This document shows, one piece after another, positions 26,901 to 34,661 of a stretch of DNA of 34,870 nucleotides. The first letter of the stretch is position 1, and the number at the start of each line of letters is the position of its first letter. This DNA comes from Deltaproteobacteria bacterium. GTDB lineage: Bacteria; JAGRBM01; JAHCIT01. The stretch lies in the NCBI GenBank assembly GCA_026129095.1, contig JAHCIT010000015.1, positions 1-34,870 of the forward strand, in the 5' to 3' direction. The notes beneath the pieces were generated by a model. That model saw only the letters and a program-made list of their open reading frames with translations, made no database searches and was not told where the DNA came from. Position numbers and translations under genes: made by a program.

Positions 26901-27575
26901 ACGGGCGAGCCATATTGGGTCAGCACGATAGAACCCCTCTTTGGTGGAATACCAAGCACATCGACCTTATTGGTCGACAACGATGATGTATACATAGCGG
27001 GAAGTATCGATGGTACGGGTGCTGTTTTTGGGCTTGGTGAACCCGGAGAAGTCGAGCTGGATCAACCTTTTGAAAGCATTACTAACTCATCTTATATTGC
27101 AAAATACAACAGCTTGACTGGTGCATTCGATGGCGTGAAGGAGCTTACCGCTCGCTCCATGTCACTGGGGGCACCGTATCCGGCGCAGAGCACGGACTTT
27201 TCTACTTTTATAGTTTCCATATCTTCTGTCTCTGCTGGACGGGTACTGTGCGGCGGGTATTTTCAGGGCGAGCTATTTATACGCAAGAATACGCCAGAAG
27301 AATACTCAACGGTTCCATACATCAGCCCACTTGCTGAATTTCCGGGCTCTGCGTTGACCGGCATAGTCAAGGATTGCGGGTTCGGATCAGTTTCGAATAG
27401 TATGATAAATATTGGTCCCGGATTTCTGCCTTCGGCAAGCTATAATTCGGGGAAATACCTGTCGGCAGTTTCTGTATCCACTCCATTTCATGTGGGTCCG
27501 TCATACGAAACTGAAGGTATTTTAATTACTCCTGATGCTCTGTCAGTGGTTGTTGAACTGGATGTGAACGAGTAG
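17943..27575 (+). CDS. Giant secreted multidomain surface protein (DNRLRE-like, ZU5-like, FG-GAP, PKD/Ig, beta-helix, Kelch, choice-of-anchor-D-like Ig, C-terminal propeller)
   Basis: Start reassigned to ATG 17943 (GGGAG upstream) with signal peptide ...PQAASA/D. Contains ADTYVR..NRALVHF, IPPGAL..VEFGPAGLLF, DLNGDG/DFNGD repeats, three PKD-like CxDPD..W..PGTY units, GGAI repeats and LFGG..DTW Kelch repeats. Confidence 0.9.
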   Translation: MRRFLPVFAGFLSAGIFVLPQAASADPVTISIDAGADTYVRNGADNTNEGGAAFLRIQQSGNNRALVHFSQVELQGPLRGRNLISATLKADIVHNGNNWGSTGRTVDAHRMRQGWSEGNGKVAGISPSDRGDGPGATWNCAIDANISNQAKDCTANTAWNMGGSGERPWELVPTGTVLIQNQQSGTVSWDVTADVQAFLDGSVPNHGWLLRKTNEGQSGLVEFASRESGNPPSLVLVVENAISPEASAVIDADTGGCIEVEDPLSPIVGTGICIPPGALDEDTEIFIRVRNEDIVPDTEAFDWTPIGPPVEFGPAGLLFDIPAEVHLRFSMMDRFRFGGTDAEIHLLGQESLGDTPFLVTSFDIDEEDELITFDTGSFTTFQPFIFFTTAGRPGAFAVGDLNGDGIQDMVVGSGGAVIGDADGRITVYLGNDADNDSKGDGTFSSSEYLLSVLPVQRTGPVTGVNIADYTGDGIPDIAVYYNSILSTPDSHKVLIRIFKGQDSNNDGFGDGTFERITNCGGTPYYLTGDCGIGGYANMSAQMETADMNNDGKPDLVMLMTNQSPVVYCGMCSPRIHMYVMYNVGTAARLFAAPVRLDRSSTDTSGALYGWLSQIRIADFNGDSRPDIAAISVPNSSILEIYRNTGGRVDLAWTQPLCLAPFVGNTCPSGPFVGSPANFDEYAPLDILTTGGIFRGNGDISFQPLENHSGLTISPFYESVSATGHINPDMILDVVIGKKPITVQTNPYRYINALSVFMGNESSTSPGMGDASFHFDIDITYGSNFNRKDIRIADFNNDGCNDIVLLNDRNAPAAFLLTLNGSTGCAFDVQITVFEADPDIVAPGDTSTLSWGTINADACEILAGSVLLHVLDSGELAAGSFDVSPNATTTYTLTCQGHNGPVSAQAEVRVNRRPVGTILTPGGDELIAVSDVLDFTASCIDPDGDTDLTHSWRFNGAAPDSLVQNPGSIQFGETGTYVITYICTDSFGFGSIPSQLTAIVNSPPDGVISLPAEPVVIIPAGGSIEFTGTCTDPEDDVPFDHLWTFGGGAPDSLLESPGLVAFDFPGTYLVTYLCMDGLGFADPVPDTRMVIVNSPPEGVIIQPDGDRTISAGVALDFVSSCTDPDDSQPFSHLWVFSGPEDFTSTDQDPTNIVFNLTGTYTVTYICTDGYGLSDTDPPGILVTVEAPEAVIIRFEIFESGQGCARLEWETENAVSCQITSSLTGEPDMPYNIPDDGQHLGNVSSGSLPVTPWDDVTYALTCQNSAGQAGQSHIALFSSNAQPGIRYVRANQTLPLDRQNGRSWCTAYRHIYDLPLRTTGNLYDMMWIARGRYTARIPDGIIGPTNRVPPVLTAQANVDVYGGFIGDETLISERPAVLIPEVDEIPGTCPLGDEVYNTSVVTSPMLRPQCNCKFAVRNNALPLWSAATVLDGDTFDTTQFGPGIEGCGLIGNLDIHDSVHVVEIPTFGNLPIVTRLNGLVISGGVAPTPGGISDTEPSSRGGGVYVAQGNVLRDVIFRDSLVLGNHAARGGGIWATGSGLVIENVVIRNNSASFSAGGLLKRGGADNNRDLIISDSIFSYNYADQLAGAIELQNHNSIRDSVFSYNRSQGQAGAIFVEGSARNSVTNSVFLANKAARAGIPSGGNGGAISFGTATYSLTITNTAFIFNEAYSQGGVINIPLRASINIHNTIFWGNKLLRPLITRGDIIFSDAQTSNVNISGSCATYSHIRFPPTGGTPFSSSSNVDISSPAQNPIVISGDTFSHQSDPLKVYLKQDGSDPGSDCFNGIAGLDSSVHTEMATNAEAVGLVWQNLTTNSDQSTDMSPVDPGVHYVPQVSGSGAFWSLASLTGPEARFGHILADPEGVFVLFGGENGNGDLLGDTWELADGIWTEVAGDGPPPRTKHAAVHDTLRDSIIMFGGRGTAGTSGDTWLYADGAWLELSVTGNVPDAREGHALAYDDNRDTIVLFGGMDGGSRFGDTWELIESAGDWAWTPVDTSACPAQPSPRDNHALSYDAAGGAILLFGGRDDSGALNDTWHFDGSCWSEQSPAGSSPSPRFGHAMAHDSAAGVVILFGGAGGGPLTWEWDGTSWNPTPSTGPEPRRDHSMAYDAALNRTFLFGGTEPGAADDRLYGDTWSYGARNLEILHFAANPRTIFPGESATLAWQWINADSCTLDDGSGPVPLLVGSPLPVSPATSTAYTLECANSGGSVSATATVTVDYNVTVRSFAASAGVILPGNTAELSWHAANATSCEILPAVGMVDPQGGTATVSPSETTVYELVCDGPQGGPVSQFVTISVALLDCEPGFVDFGPLPVGEPAPSEVITCTNVSSVTLEIDLVASQFLQDGSDFSIIPLSGSPQIAPGDDLVLSADFTPQQGGYRQALLIIAFEGHADKVMVSLAGTGETDEFNSLVCDAETIFFGSVVVGETSGSIIWTCQNQGTGDLTIDLDSIVSTGDVDDFDILTTSSPPGEPIGPGEIFYIDWIFQPTEAGLRSASVSFSYLESTAVTMLQASGTGVVPDVQILSFTASPDETLYGQATQLLWYTQYSLSTCNLFDGESMISVSAGNDVVEQMVITPLRTTTYTLTCDGLNGISSQQAQTTISIAPVSILDFVTNRSRFLFDGPPTIAEGETATLSWRASSAAFCLINGNLAGSEPVGTSEQSLIVQPSGNTLYTLECHGPETVAYSTLQVNVRGFGPSRYISATPIPARVDVIHTLDDGSFIIAGMLPTGTPVVFGQGQPNETLIPADDGGRIFVAKYDPNHTFEWIVYSNSPQHPWHTSSSKIRELSDGSFVIDGQYIGQLIFNEGTANEFILPSSTILETSVFIINIASNGDPVWGGYIHGIPSSGIGRASYDVDLIDNLHAVFSIRSNSNSTNVVIGTTSGDNSSYQISNGLYMVRFAVDAVASVPLLLATADTFAETGRLSVDIPDDSESIYIASNLTLSSGQFPGNPAVFGPGSNNEIVIDPPPFPHTISRKVVLAKYELTGEPYWVSTIEPLFGGIPSTSTLLVDNDDVYIAGSIDGTGAVFGLGEPGEVELDQPFESITNSSYIAKYNSLTGAFDGVKELTARSMSLGAPYPAQSTDFSTFIVSISSVSAGRVLCGGYFQGELFIRKNTPEEYSTVPYISPLAEFPGSALTGIVKDCGFGSVSNSMINIGPGFLPSASYNSGKYLSAVSVSTPFHVGPSYETEGILITPDALSVVVELDVNE

Positions 27576-27578
27576 CGG

Positions 27579-28946
27579 CTACTCCCCCCAAACCACGAAT
27601 GGCCACTCATCCCTGCGAATGTACGAGGTCGATATGCTTGTGGGGAAATCCCGGCGGAAAACCAGGCACGGAGAGCCATCCTTGGGACATTCTGGAGCAG
27701 ACAGTTTTCGTGGCGGGACCATCTTGAAGTCGTATTCGATAAGCTGCCAGTAGGGGAGTATCCGCGGCAGCCGAACTGCTGTAATCGCCTGCGCACCGAT
27801 GATGTCCGATTTACGCTGATGTAAAAGTTGCCGGGTTTCGGCATATAGCCGCCCCCACGTTATCCGGCATCTGATATCCCAGGCCAGGAACAGGACGGAT
27901 ACCAGAAGCCACAGGGCGATTCCGGAGCGAACGGCTTTCATGTGCAGCCGAGTGGCGGTGTCCGGCAACGCAAGCGCGACCATGCCGGAAGCAGCCAGAA
28001 GGTAGCCGCCCGTGGCAGGATACCCGTAACGGGAACCGGCGGCATCCGATACGAAGACGGGGATAGCCTGAATGCTGATGGCCCATAGCAGTCCGGTGCG
28101 GACCGCTGGCGACGGCAGCAGAAACAGCGCGAGAACGGCCGCCAGCGACAGGTAACCCGTCACCGGCACCTCATGGAGCGTCGAGGGGGAAAAGAAGACG
28201 AATCCCCGGAACAGCGCTTCTCCCATGCGGGAGAAAAAATCCCCGTTGGGAATCACCCGGGGATATATCGCCGCCCAGTAACCCGGACGAAAATAGGCAT
28301 TCAGCGCACAAACAAACCCCAAGCCGGACATCACGGCCAGCGGGGGAAGGATTCCGGAAACCCGGCGGCGCAGGGACTGGTTGTCTTCAAGAAACAGCGA
28401 CCACGCCAGGCAGATACCAACGATACCGGCAGCGGAGGGTTTCGAATACAGGGCAATGGCGTAAGGTGCAATTGCCACCCAGCGGAACCGGCGCGTCGAA
28501 CCACCTTTCGACCAGAGCAGAACCGTGCATGTGGTGAGCAGCCCCAGCAGAACGTCGTTGATCGCAGCCGCCCAGAGGAGCGCCTCGCTTCCGGCACGGT
28601 AGAATGAGGCCGCAATCGCCCAGAACAGCGCTGGCCGCCTCTGCATGAGCGGCCTGAACAGCATAAACAGCAATCCGCAGTGGGCGCCGTGGAGCAGGGC
28701 CGCGATCACATGGGCCGTGATGTGCGGATTTTCCGGATTGAGGGGAAGAAGCGCCTTCCAGTAGGCCATGTACAGGATGAATGGCCCGGCTTCGCCGGTG
28801 AAGATACTGCCCCAGGATGTTCTGGCCACCCAGGCCGAGAGTATCAGGTCATCGGCGAAAAGCCCGGCCGATAGTGCAATGGGGATCCACACCAGCCCGG
28901 CTGACAAAGCCAGCGTGACGGCTATCTTACGGTCAGTAAAGTGCAT
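27579..28946 (-). CDS. Multi-pass GT-C-type glycosyltransferase-like membrane protein
   Basis: DD after TM1 (LFADD), EALLWAAAIND, SKP and SRYGYP motifs; about ten TM helices. Confidence 0.7.
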   Translation of the reverse strand: MHFTDRKIAVTLALSAGLVWIPIALSAGLFADDLILSAWVARTSWGSIFTGEAGPFILYMAYWKALLPLNPENPHITAHVIAALLHGAHCGLLFMLFRPLMQRRPALFWAIAASFYRAGSEALLWAAAINDVLLGLLTTCTVLLWSKGGSTRRFRWVAIAPYAIALYSKPSAAGIVGICLAWSLFLEDNQSLRRRVSGILPPLAVMSGLGFVCALNAYFRPGYWAAIYPRVIPNGDFFSRMGEALFRGFVFFSPSTLHEVPVTGYLSLAAVLALFLLPSPAVRTGLLWAISIQAIPVFVSDAAGSRYGYPATGGYLLAASGMVALALPDTATRLHMKAVRSGIALWLLVSVLFLAWDIRCRITWGRLYAETRQLLHQRKSDIIGAQAITAVRLPRILPYWQLIEYDFKMVPPRKLSAPECPKDGSPCLVFRRDFPTSISTSYIRRDEWPFVVWGE

Positions 28947-28963
28947 GAAGCGGCAGCTTCCCC

Positions 28964-30406
28964 CTATCGGTCAATCCCTGACGGCGTTTCCCGGCCGGAT
29001 GTGCTGGCGGATACGAAGCGCACACCGGGGCCCAGCGCACGTGAGGGATATTTTCCGGTCGATCTCAGCTCTCCCTGATAGTAGTTCTCCCTGAACAGCA
29101 GGCATGGATCATCCTGTGAACTGCAAACCCCTTGTGACAACACCAGCGGCAACCGGAGTTTGAGATCGTACAGCAGGACTTGCTCGGTCCAGGACTCGTT
29201 GGGCTGCCCGGCGTTGACAACCTGCAACCGGCCGGCTTCCGCCAGTTCGGTCTTGTTGGCTTCCAGCACAAGACGCAGTTCCGTATAGGCCGATCCCCAG
29301 CTTCGCCGGAATGCAATGTCACGGCCGTTGGCTGCCAGATGGGCAAGCCCCCACAGCAGCGCCGCCGCCAGAAGCCACCGATTGCGGCGCGGGTGTTTCC
29401 TGGAAAAGCGGTGCGCAAGGTGCACCAGGACCACCAGAAGTCCCAGCATCCCGGAGTAGACGTATCGCCCGCCCATGAACCCCGACGCGACCAGGGGCGG
29501 CGCCAGAAATGCCAGAAACCAGCACAACCCGAAGCGGACCACGGGCGAAGCGAACACAAGCCAGAGAATAAAGAGCCCGGTGACGGAAAATCCGATGACT
29601 TCATGTTCGATGATCCCGACCGGCCGGACAAGAAGCAGCGACCGGAGGATCGACTCCCCCACCCTGACTAGCCCCATCATGAACAGGGGCTTTTCGGGAT
29701 AGACAACATCCCACAGGCCGCGCACCCTGAAGGCAAAGGCCGCATAACCGGCACCGGTGAACGCGATGACCGCAAACCACTTTGCCCGGTGCTGGCCAGT
29801 GTCTTTGCCAAACAGGGAAAAGCCGAGGTCATGAACGGCAAGACACGGGACAATGAATACCGCATTGGGCTTGGTGAGCATGGCGGCGGTGAAGGCAAGA
29901 AAGGCGGGCAGATAGAACCGGGAGTTCGTGGCCGACCGCCGCCAGCAGAAAAGGGTCAGGAGCAGAAACAGACAAAGCATTCCGTCGTTCTCGGCGGCGG
30001 CCCAGAGCCATGCCTCGTTTCCGGGCCGGTAGATCGCGGCAAGAACGGCACCGGCCGCAGCGTAAGCAGCCGGGAAGAAGTCCGACAGGAGCAGGAAAAT
30101 GAGGAGACAGTTGATGCCGTGAACGATACCGGCCCAGACGTGGGCCACCGCGTACGGCTCACCCGGATTCATGATAACGGCGAATTTCCACTTGAGCAGA
30201 TAGAGCGGCAGCGGGGCCGCCTTCAGCGTCAATATGTCCGTCCATGAATTGTCGCGGGCCCAGGCGGCCAGTAGCAGGTCGTCGGTATAAGGACCGCTCA
30301 GATAGCCAAGGAGGGCCGAGATGCATCCTGTGACGGCTGCAGCCGCCGCGAGCACCGGCCACCGGTACCCCAGGGAGCCCTGTCCGGTTGTCGCCGTCCC
30401 GTTCAT
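28964..30406 (-). CDS. Multi-pass GT-C-type glycosyltransferase-like membrane protein (paralog of 27579-28946)
   Basis: Start reassigned to ATG 30406 (ATGA overlap); PYTDD, EAWLWAAAEND, TKP and GRYVYS motifs. Confidence 0.7.
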   Translation of the reverse strand: MNGTATTGQGSLGYRWPVLAAAAAVTGCISALLGYLSGPYTDDLLLAAWARDNSWTDILTLKAAPLPLYLLKWKFAVIMNPGEPYAVAHVWAGIVHGINCLLIFLLLSDFFPAAYAAAGAVLAAIYRPGNEAWLWAAAENDGMLCLFLLLTLFCWRRSATNSRFYLPAFLAFTAAMLTKPNAVFIVPCLAVHDLGFSLFGKDTGQHRAKWFAVIAFTGAGYAAFAFRVRGLWDVVYPEKPLFMMGLVRVGESILRSLLLVRPVGIIEHEVIGFSVTGLFILWLVFASPVVRFGLCWFLAFLAPPLVASGFMGGRYVYSGMLGLLVVLVHLAHRFSRKHPRRNRWLLAAALLWGLAHLAANGRDIAFRRSWGSAYTELRLVLEANKTELAEAGRLQVVNAGQPNESWTEQVLLYDLKLRLPLVLSQGVCSSQDDPCLLFRENYYQGELRSTGKYPSRALGPGVRFVSASTSGRETPSGIDR

Positions 30407-32124
30407 TCGGTCAAAGACCTTCGCCGGAACAGAACCAGATAGTTTTCCGGACTGTCGGCAACGGGTGTCGGCGGGACGTTGACCTTCACCCGTTCCCAAT
30501 CATCACGGCTTTCCAGCTCGGCCTCGAACTCGTCATATTTCCACGGACATGCGTGCTGCATTCCCGGAAACCGGGCACAGTTGTCCAGCAGCACATGGTC
30601 GGCCCCGGTCTCCCGGAGTTTCCCGTCGAGCCTGGATTTGCTGTATACGTGCCGTCCCCACGGGAACAGTTTCCTGTCGCTACCGAACAGATCGTATTCA
30701 TAAGCGACACTGGAGCCCATGTAGAGGACTCTGGCATTTCCCGGCAGCCCGGATGCAACCGGCCTCAGCGAAAACATGGCGGTGGCGGGGTTCCCATCGA
30801 TCCGGTAGGACCGGTAATAATGCACGGTTCCTGCCAGAACCCCGCCGCCCTGTATCAGGGCGAGCGAAACAACAACCCAGATGCCAGCCTTGCAGCGGGC
30901 GGCCAGCGCGCCGAAGGGAATCATCCAGAGGGCCACTGCAAAAAACAGGATTCGCGTCAGCCCCGGCTGCCAGCGGATGAGATACAGGGCAAGCGCAATG
31001 GAAACTGCCGACACAAGGGAAACCTGGAAATGGAAGGGGGCCGGCCTCTCGCGGATGGACATCAGCGACCAGATGACGGCCCCAAGGCCGATGATATTGA
31101 AAAGCCCCATATTTCCCGCCCCGCCCTGGGCGACGTAGCGGAACGGCCCCGGCCACAGCCCTTCGGTTTCCTGGGGCAGTTCCCGGTGCATGCCAATCAA
31201 TGACGCAAACGAAGCAAGGAGCCGCTCAATCCAGTGCGACAGTTCCGTCAGCCACGGCATGCCGAGATGGCCTCCGGCTTCCGGAGTCAGCGGATTCAGC
31301 AGGGTGACAACGAAACGGAACAGGTGGACTCCAAATCGCCCGAGCGACGGATCCCGGTAAATCTCCGCCTCCATCGGTCCTATGGAAAACGGCCGTCCGA
31401 ACCATTTCCAGGTATAATAGGCAGTAAAGACAAGACCGCTGCCGATGGCGGCGATGACGACCGCCCCCGACATGTACAGGCACGTTTTGCGGAGTTGCGG
31501 CCGCTCGCGGATCAGCCAGTAACCTGCAAGAAGCATCACGGGAGCCGACACGGGTTTGGCCGAGATCGACAGCACTGCCAGACCGGCAGCCACGGCCAGC
31601 CAGACCGGCCGCCGGGATTCTTCCGCACTCCGGGCCCTGAGCCCGCAATAAAGGCAGCCGAATACCCATACGGTCTGGTAGAGTTCCGGCTTCAGGCTCA
31701 AGAGCAGGCCGGGAATGAGCCCGGCGGTGGCAACGAGCGCGGTCAGGGCTGCCCTGAGCAGCGGCGCCGTTCCCAGCAGGGTCAGGACACCCCATACCGC
31801 GAGGACCAGCAGCGGATGGGCGAGCCACATGGCCAGTTTCCCGGCGGTTTCCGAACCGGTGAGCGCCACGGCGCCAGCGAAAATCAGGTCCGTGCCGTAG
31901 GGCAATGCCATCATCTGGACCGTTGCCGACTCGACCGGCAGTATCGACCGGTTCTGGATGAAATACAGGGCCCTGGGTGCGTGGTACAGGCGGCCATCAC
32001 CGTCGACAGGCATCGACAGCGCGCCCCAGAATGTAACCAGCAGGTTCAGGCCGATTACAGTTATGAGTATGACCTTGAAGGTTTTCTCCAAGGCATCTGC
32101 CGAACGCTGGGAGTCGCCGATCAC
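30403..32124 (-). CDS. ArnT/GT39-like (GT-C) membrane glycosyltransferase
   Basis: DGDGRLYHAPRA...PYGTDL after TM1, SAKP, many TM helices and a soluble C-terminal domain. Confidence 0.65.
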   Translation of the reverse strand: MIGDSQRSADALEKTFKVILITVIGLNLLVTFWGALSMPVDGDGRLYHAPRALYFIQNRSILPVESATVQMMALPYGTDLIFAGAVALTGSETAGKLAMWLAHPLLVLAVWGVLTLLGTAPLLRAALTALVATAGLIPGLLLSLKPELYQTVWVFGCLYCGLRARSAEESRRPVWLAVAAGLAVLSISAKPVSAPVMLLAGYWLIRERPQLRKTCLYMSGAVVIAAIGSGLVFTAYYTWKWFGRPFSIGPMEAEIYRDPSLGRFGVHLFRFVVTLLNPLTPEAGGHLGMPWLTELSHWIERLLASFASLIGMHRELPQETEGLWPGPFRYVAQGGAGNMGLFNIIGLGAVIWSLMSIRERPAPFHFQVSLVSAVSIALALYLIRWQPGLTRILFFAVALWMIPFGALAARCKAGIWVVVSLALIQGGGVLAGTVHYYRSYRIDGNPATAMFSLRPVASGLPGNARVLYMGSSVAYEYDLFGSDRKLFPWGRHVYSKSRLDGKLRETGADHVLLDNCARFPGMQHACPWKYDEFEAELESRDDWERVKVNVPPTPVADSPENYLVLFRRRSLTE

Positions 32125-32245
32125 GGTATATCCCGAAGATTAAGTTCCGCCAGTGCCGGGGGCAATCTCCCAGATTTCCTGCTGACAACGGCCTTGGAAG
32201 CTGATCCGGGAGCGCCCATGCCGTCAGGTAACAGCCCTATCCGCC

Positions 32246-34477
32246 TCACGGCGCCGTGGCCCGGGCCACGGCCGGGTATGGAAGCCCGGTGCACCGGATC
32301 GTGAACGCCGTGCCCGGCGGCTGGCCGTGGCTCGTCGAGCCCGCGTCCAGATCGCCCGGCGGAACGTCGTAGAGAAAGCTGTCGTCCCTGCTTTCGATCC
32401 GGCACCCGTCCGCGTTGCGGGTGGTCCAGGCGAGTTCCGTCTCCCCGGCGCCGAACGTCAGCACCACCACCGCCGCCGGATCATGGTGGCGGCCCATGTC
32501 CACCGTGCCGGTATCGGGGCTGCCGTCCATGCGCGTCGTGAGGTTGCGCCAGTCGAGCCCGGCGGCAGGAAAGCCAGAGTCCGGATCGTCGGCGAGCCCG
32601 TCCGAACCGGCATCCACGCAGGGCGAGGCCGGATCGAGATACAGCTCGCCGCTGGCCGCCCGGATGAAAGGATCGGCGGAAAGGAGGATGTTGCCGGTGC
32701 CGGGGATCGGTTCGCCGGCACAGTTGTAGGAAGCTGCCAGGATGCTACTGCCGTAGCTTTCCAATGTTCCAACCCCTCCACCATGCCAGAACGCCGAATT
32801 ACTGACCGTGAGGGTTCCATCGCCGCTGCTCTTCAAAACATAGTCCCCGTAAAACGTGGAACTGGAAATGGCGAGCTCCGCGTTGGATACGCCCACTGTT
32901 CCGTGAGTCCATACGTTGCTGTTCTCGTAAAACGTAGAGTTTATAACTACGACTTGTGGTTTAATGCCTGTATGATCATTAACCTGAACCGCAGAGGCGT
33001 GTGTCTCTGAATACTTCCGGGAAATGATGACGCGATCGATCAATCCTGGATGATTCTCGATAAGGATTCCGCCGCCTGTGCCGCATGCATAAAAGGCCCA
33101 CGGCACCGGACAATCGTATCCGCCCTCGCCATCATCAGTGCTGGGATTCAACAGGGCAGAATCCGTGATCTCGAAGTAGGCGGGGTAGTTCTCGTCCCCA
33201 CTGGACCACAGATAAACTTCCGGGCCATCGTCCATTGAGTAGTTCCCGATAACCGTTCTCCGGATCTGAACCACCGAATCCGACCCGATGACTCCGTTGA
33301 TATCGAATAGGGTTATGTTCTCCCACAGCAGGGAATCTGAAAGCTCCATCTCGGACCTGTCGACGGAAATCGCCCCACCGACATAGGCATAATTGCGGGA
33401 TATCGTGAGCTGGTCCATGCGGACTAGGCTCTCCACAAAACCTACCGCTCCGCCTATTCCATTATGCAGGTTATTGAGAATACGGGTGTGCTCGATGCTG
33501 ACGTCGGAATGTTCCGCGTATATCCCGGAGCCCAACCCCCCGGATGTAATAAAATTCGGTATGCAGTTCCAGAGAACCTGGCTGTTGCGAATCGCCAGAT
33601 TCGCTTGACCGGAAATGAAAATGCCGCCACCCCCATAGTTGTAAGGATTCCACGGAATGATATCCCACGATATTGTATTTCCTCCGGTAACAACCAAACC
33701 GTCCAGTGTGGCATCCGATGCGGCCACCACCACATGCAGGCTGTTGTCGGGCTGCTGGCACTGTCCCAGCAAGAATTCAAAGAAATCCGCAGGCTCCGGG
33801 CCGTCATCCCCATTGAAATCCCCGCTGAGCACGGTGGCCAGCACCGGGTCGGGCCGTTCGGACAGGTCGCCCTCCGTTCCCGCGAACCCGCCATACACGC
33901 TCACCCCGTCCTTCATCACCAGAACCGGCTCACGGGCCGCCGGGCCCGTGTACCGCCCCTCGGCCACCCACACCTGCTGGCCCGCGATGGCCGCGTCCAT
34001 GCCCTGCTGCACGGTCCGGAACGCCGTCTCCCAGCTTGCGCCGTCTCCGCCCGGCGGGGCGTCGGCGCTCACATGCACCACATCGCCCGGCACCCCGTTC
34101 ACCGTGACCGTGAGCGGGGCCTCGTCCCAGGCCCCCTCCGGGTCGGTGCACCGGTAGGTGACGCCATAGGTTCCCGGCGTCCCGAAGGTGACGGCGCCGG
34201 GGTTTTGTACGAAATCATCCGGCGCTCCGCCGCCATAGGCCCACAGGTGCGTGAGGGGACTATCGCCGTCGGGGTCGGTGCAGTCGCCCGCGAACTCCAC
34301 CGCGTGACCGGCCGCTATCGTCACGTCCGTACCCGGCTGGACGATCCCGGCCACGGGAGGCTGGTTGTCAGATAACGACGCCCCATTTGCCGTGGCTGTT
34401 TGCGTCCACGGACAACCCGAAAGCGGTAGCAGAAGCGATAACCACCCGGCGACAGCAATGAGCGACGATGTCCGCAT
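32246..34477 (-). CDS. Lipoprotein with a PKD domain and right-handed beta-helix repeats
   Basis: Lipobox LSGC; PKD-like CTDPDG..W..PGTY; GASWETAF..VWVAEGRY..VYGGFAGTE; GGGI/GGAI repeats; SPCVDAG..VDMG cap. Confidence 0.85.
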   Translation of the reverse strand: MRTSSLIAVAGWLSLLLPLSGCPWTQTATANGASLSDNQPPVAGIVQPGTDVTIAAGHAVEFAGDCTDPDGDSPLTHLWAYGGGAPDDFVQNPGAVTFGTPGTYGVTYRCTDPEGAWDEAPLTVTVNGVPGDVVHVSADAPPGGDGASWETAFRTVQQGMDAAIAGQQVWVAEGRYTGPAAREPVLVMKDGVSVYGGFAGTEGDLSERPDPVLATVLSGDFNGDDGPEPADFFEFLLGQCQQPDNSLHVVVAASDATLDGLVVTGGNTISWDIIPWNPYNYGGGGIFISGQANLAIRNSQVLWNCIPNFITSGGLGSGIYAEHSDVSIEHTRILNNLHNGIGGAVGFVESLVRMDQLTISRNYAYVGGAISVDRSEMELSDSLLWENITLFDINGVIGSDSVVQIRRTVIGNYSMDDGPEVYLWSSGDENYPAYFEITDSALLNPSTDDGEGGYDCPVPWAFYACGTGGGILIENHPGLIDRVIISRKYSETHASAVQVNDHTGIKPQVVVINSTFYENSNVWTHGTVGVSNAELAISSSTFYGDYVLKSSGDGTLTVSNSAFWHGGGVGTLESYGSSILAASYNCAGEPIPGTGNILLSADPFIRAASGELYLDPASPCVDAGSDGLADDPDSGFPAAGLDWRNLTTRMDGSPDTGTVDMGRHHDPAAVVVLTFGAGETELAWTTRNADGCRIESRDDSFLYDVPPGDLDAGSTSHGQPPGTAFTIRCTGLPYPAVARATAP

Positions 34478-34627
34478 AATGGCTCAATGATTTTACAGCA
34501 AAATCCAGTCCACAATTGGATATTTCCATGCCAAAAATATCACCTGTAATTTCTGATAGTTGTCGAAACATATCCTCACCCGCTTCGGCGTGATCTTCGT
34601 CAATTAGATACATTTATGCGGTATTGG

Positions 34628-34661
34628 TGCCGTTATTTGTCAGCAGTGACAAATAACGGCA
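34628..34661. terminator. Perfect 15-bp inverted repeat (terminator-like hairpin or protein-binding site)
   Basis: TGCCGTTATTTGTCA-GCAG-TGACAAATAACGGCA, about 22 nt after the stop of the upstream minus-strand gene; no clear U-tract. Confidence 0.5.

Noticed and set aside
30388-34375. Long plus-strand ORFs (30388-31203, 31234-32304, 33464-34375)
   Set aside because: Antisense shadows of well-supported minus-strand genes in GC-rich DNA, with no recognisable motifs.
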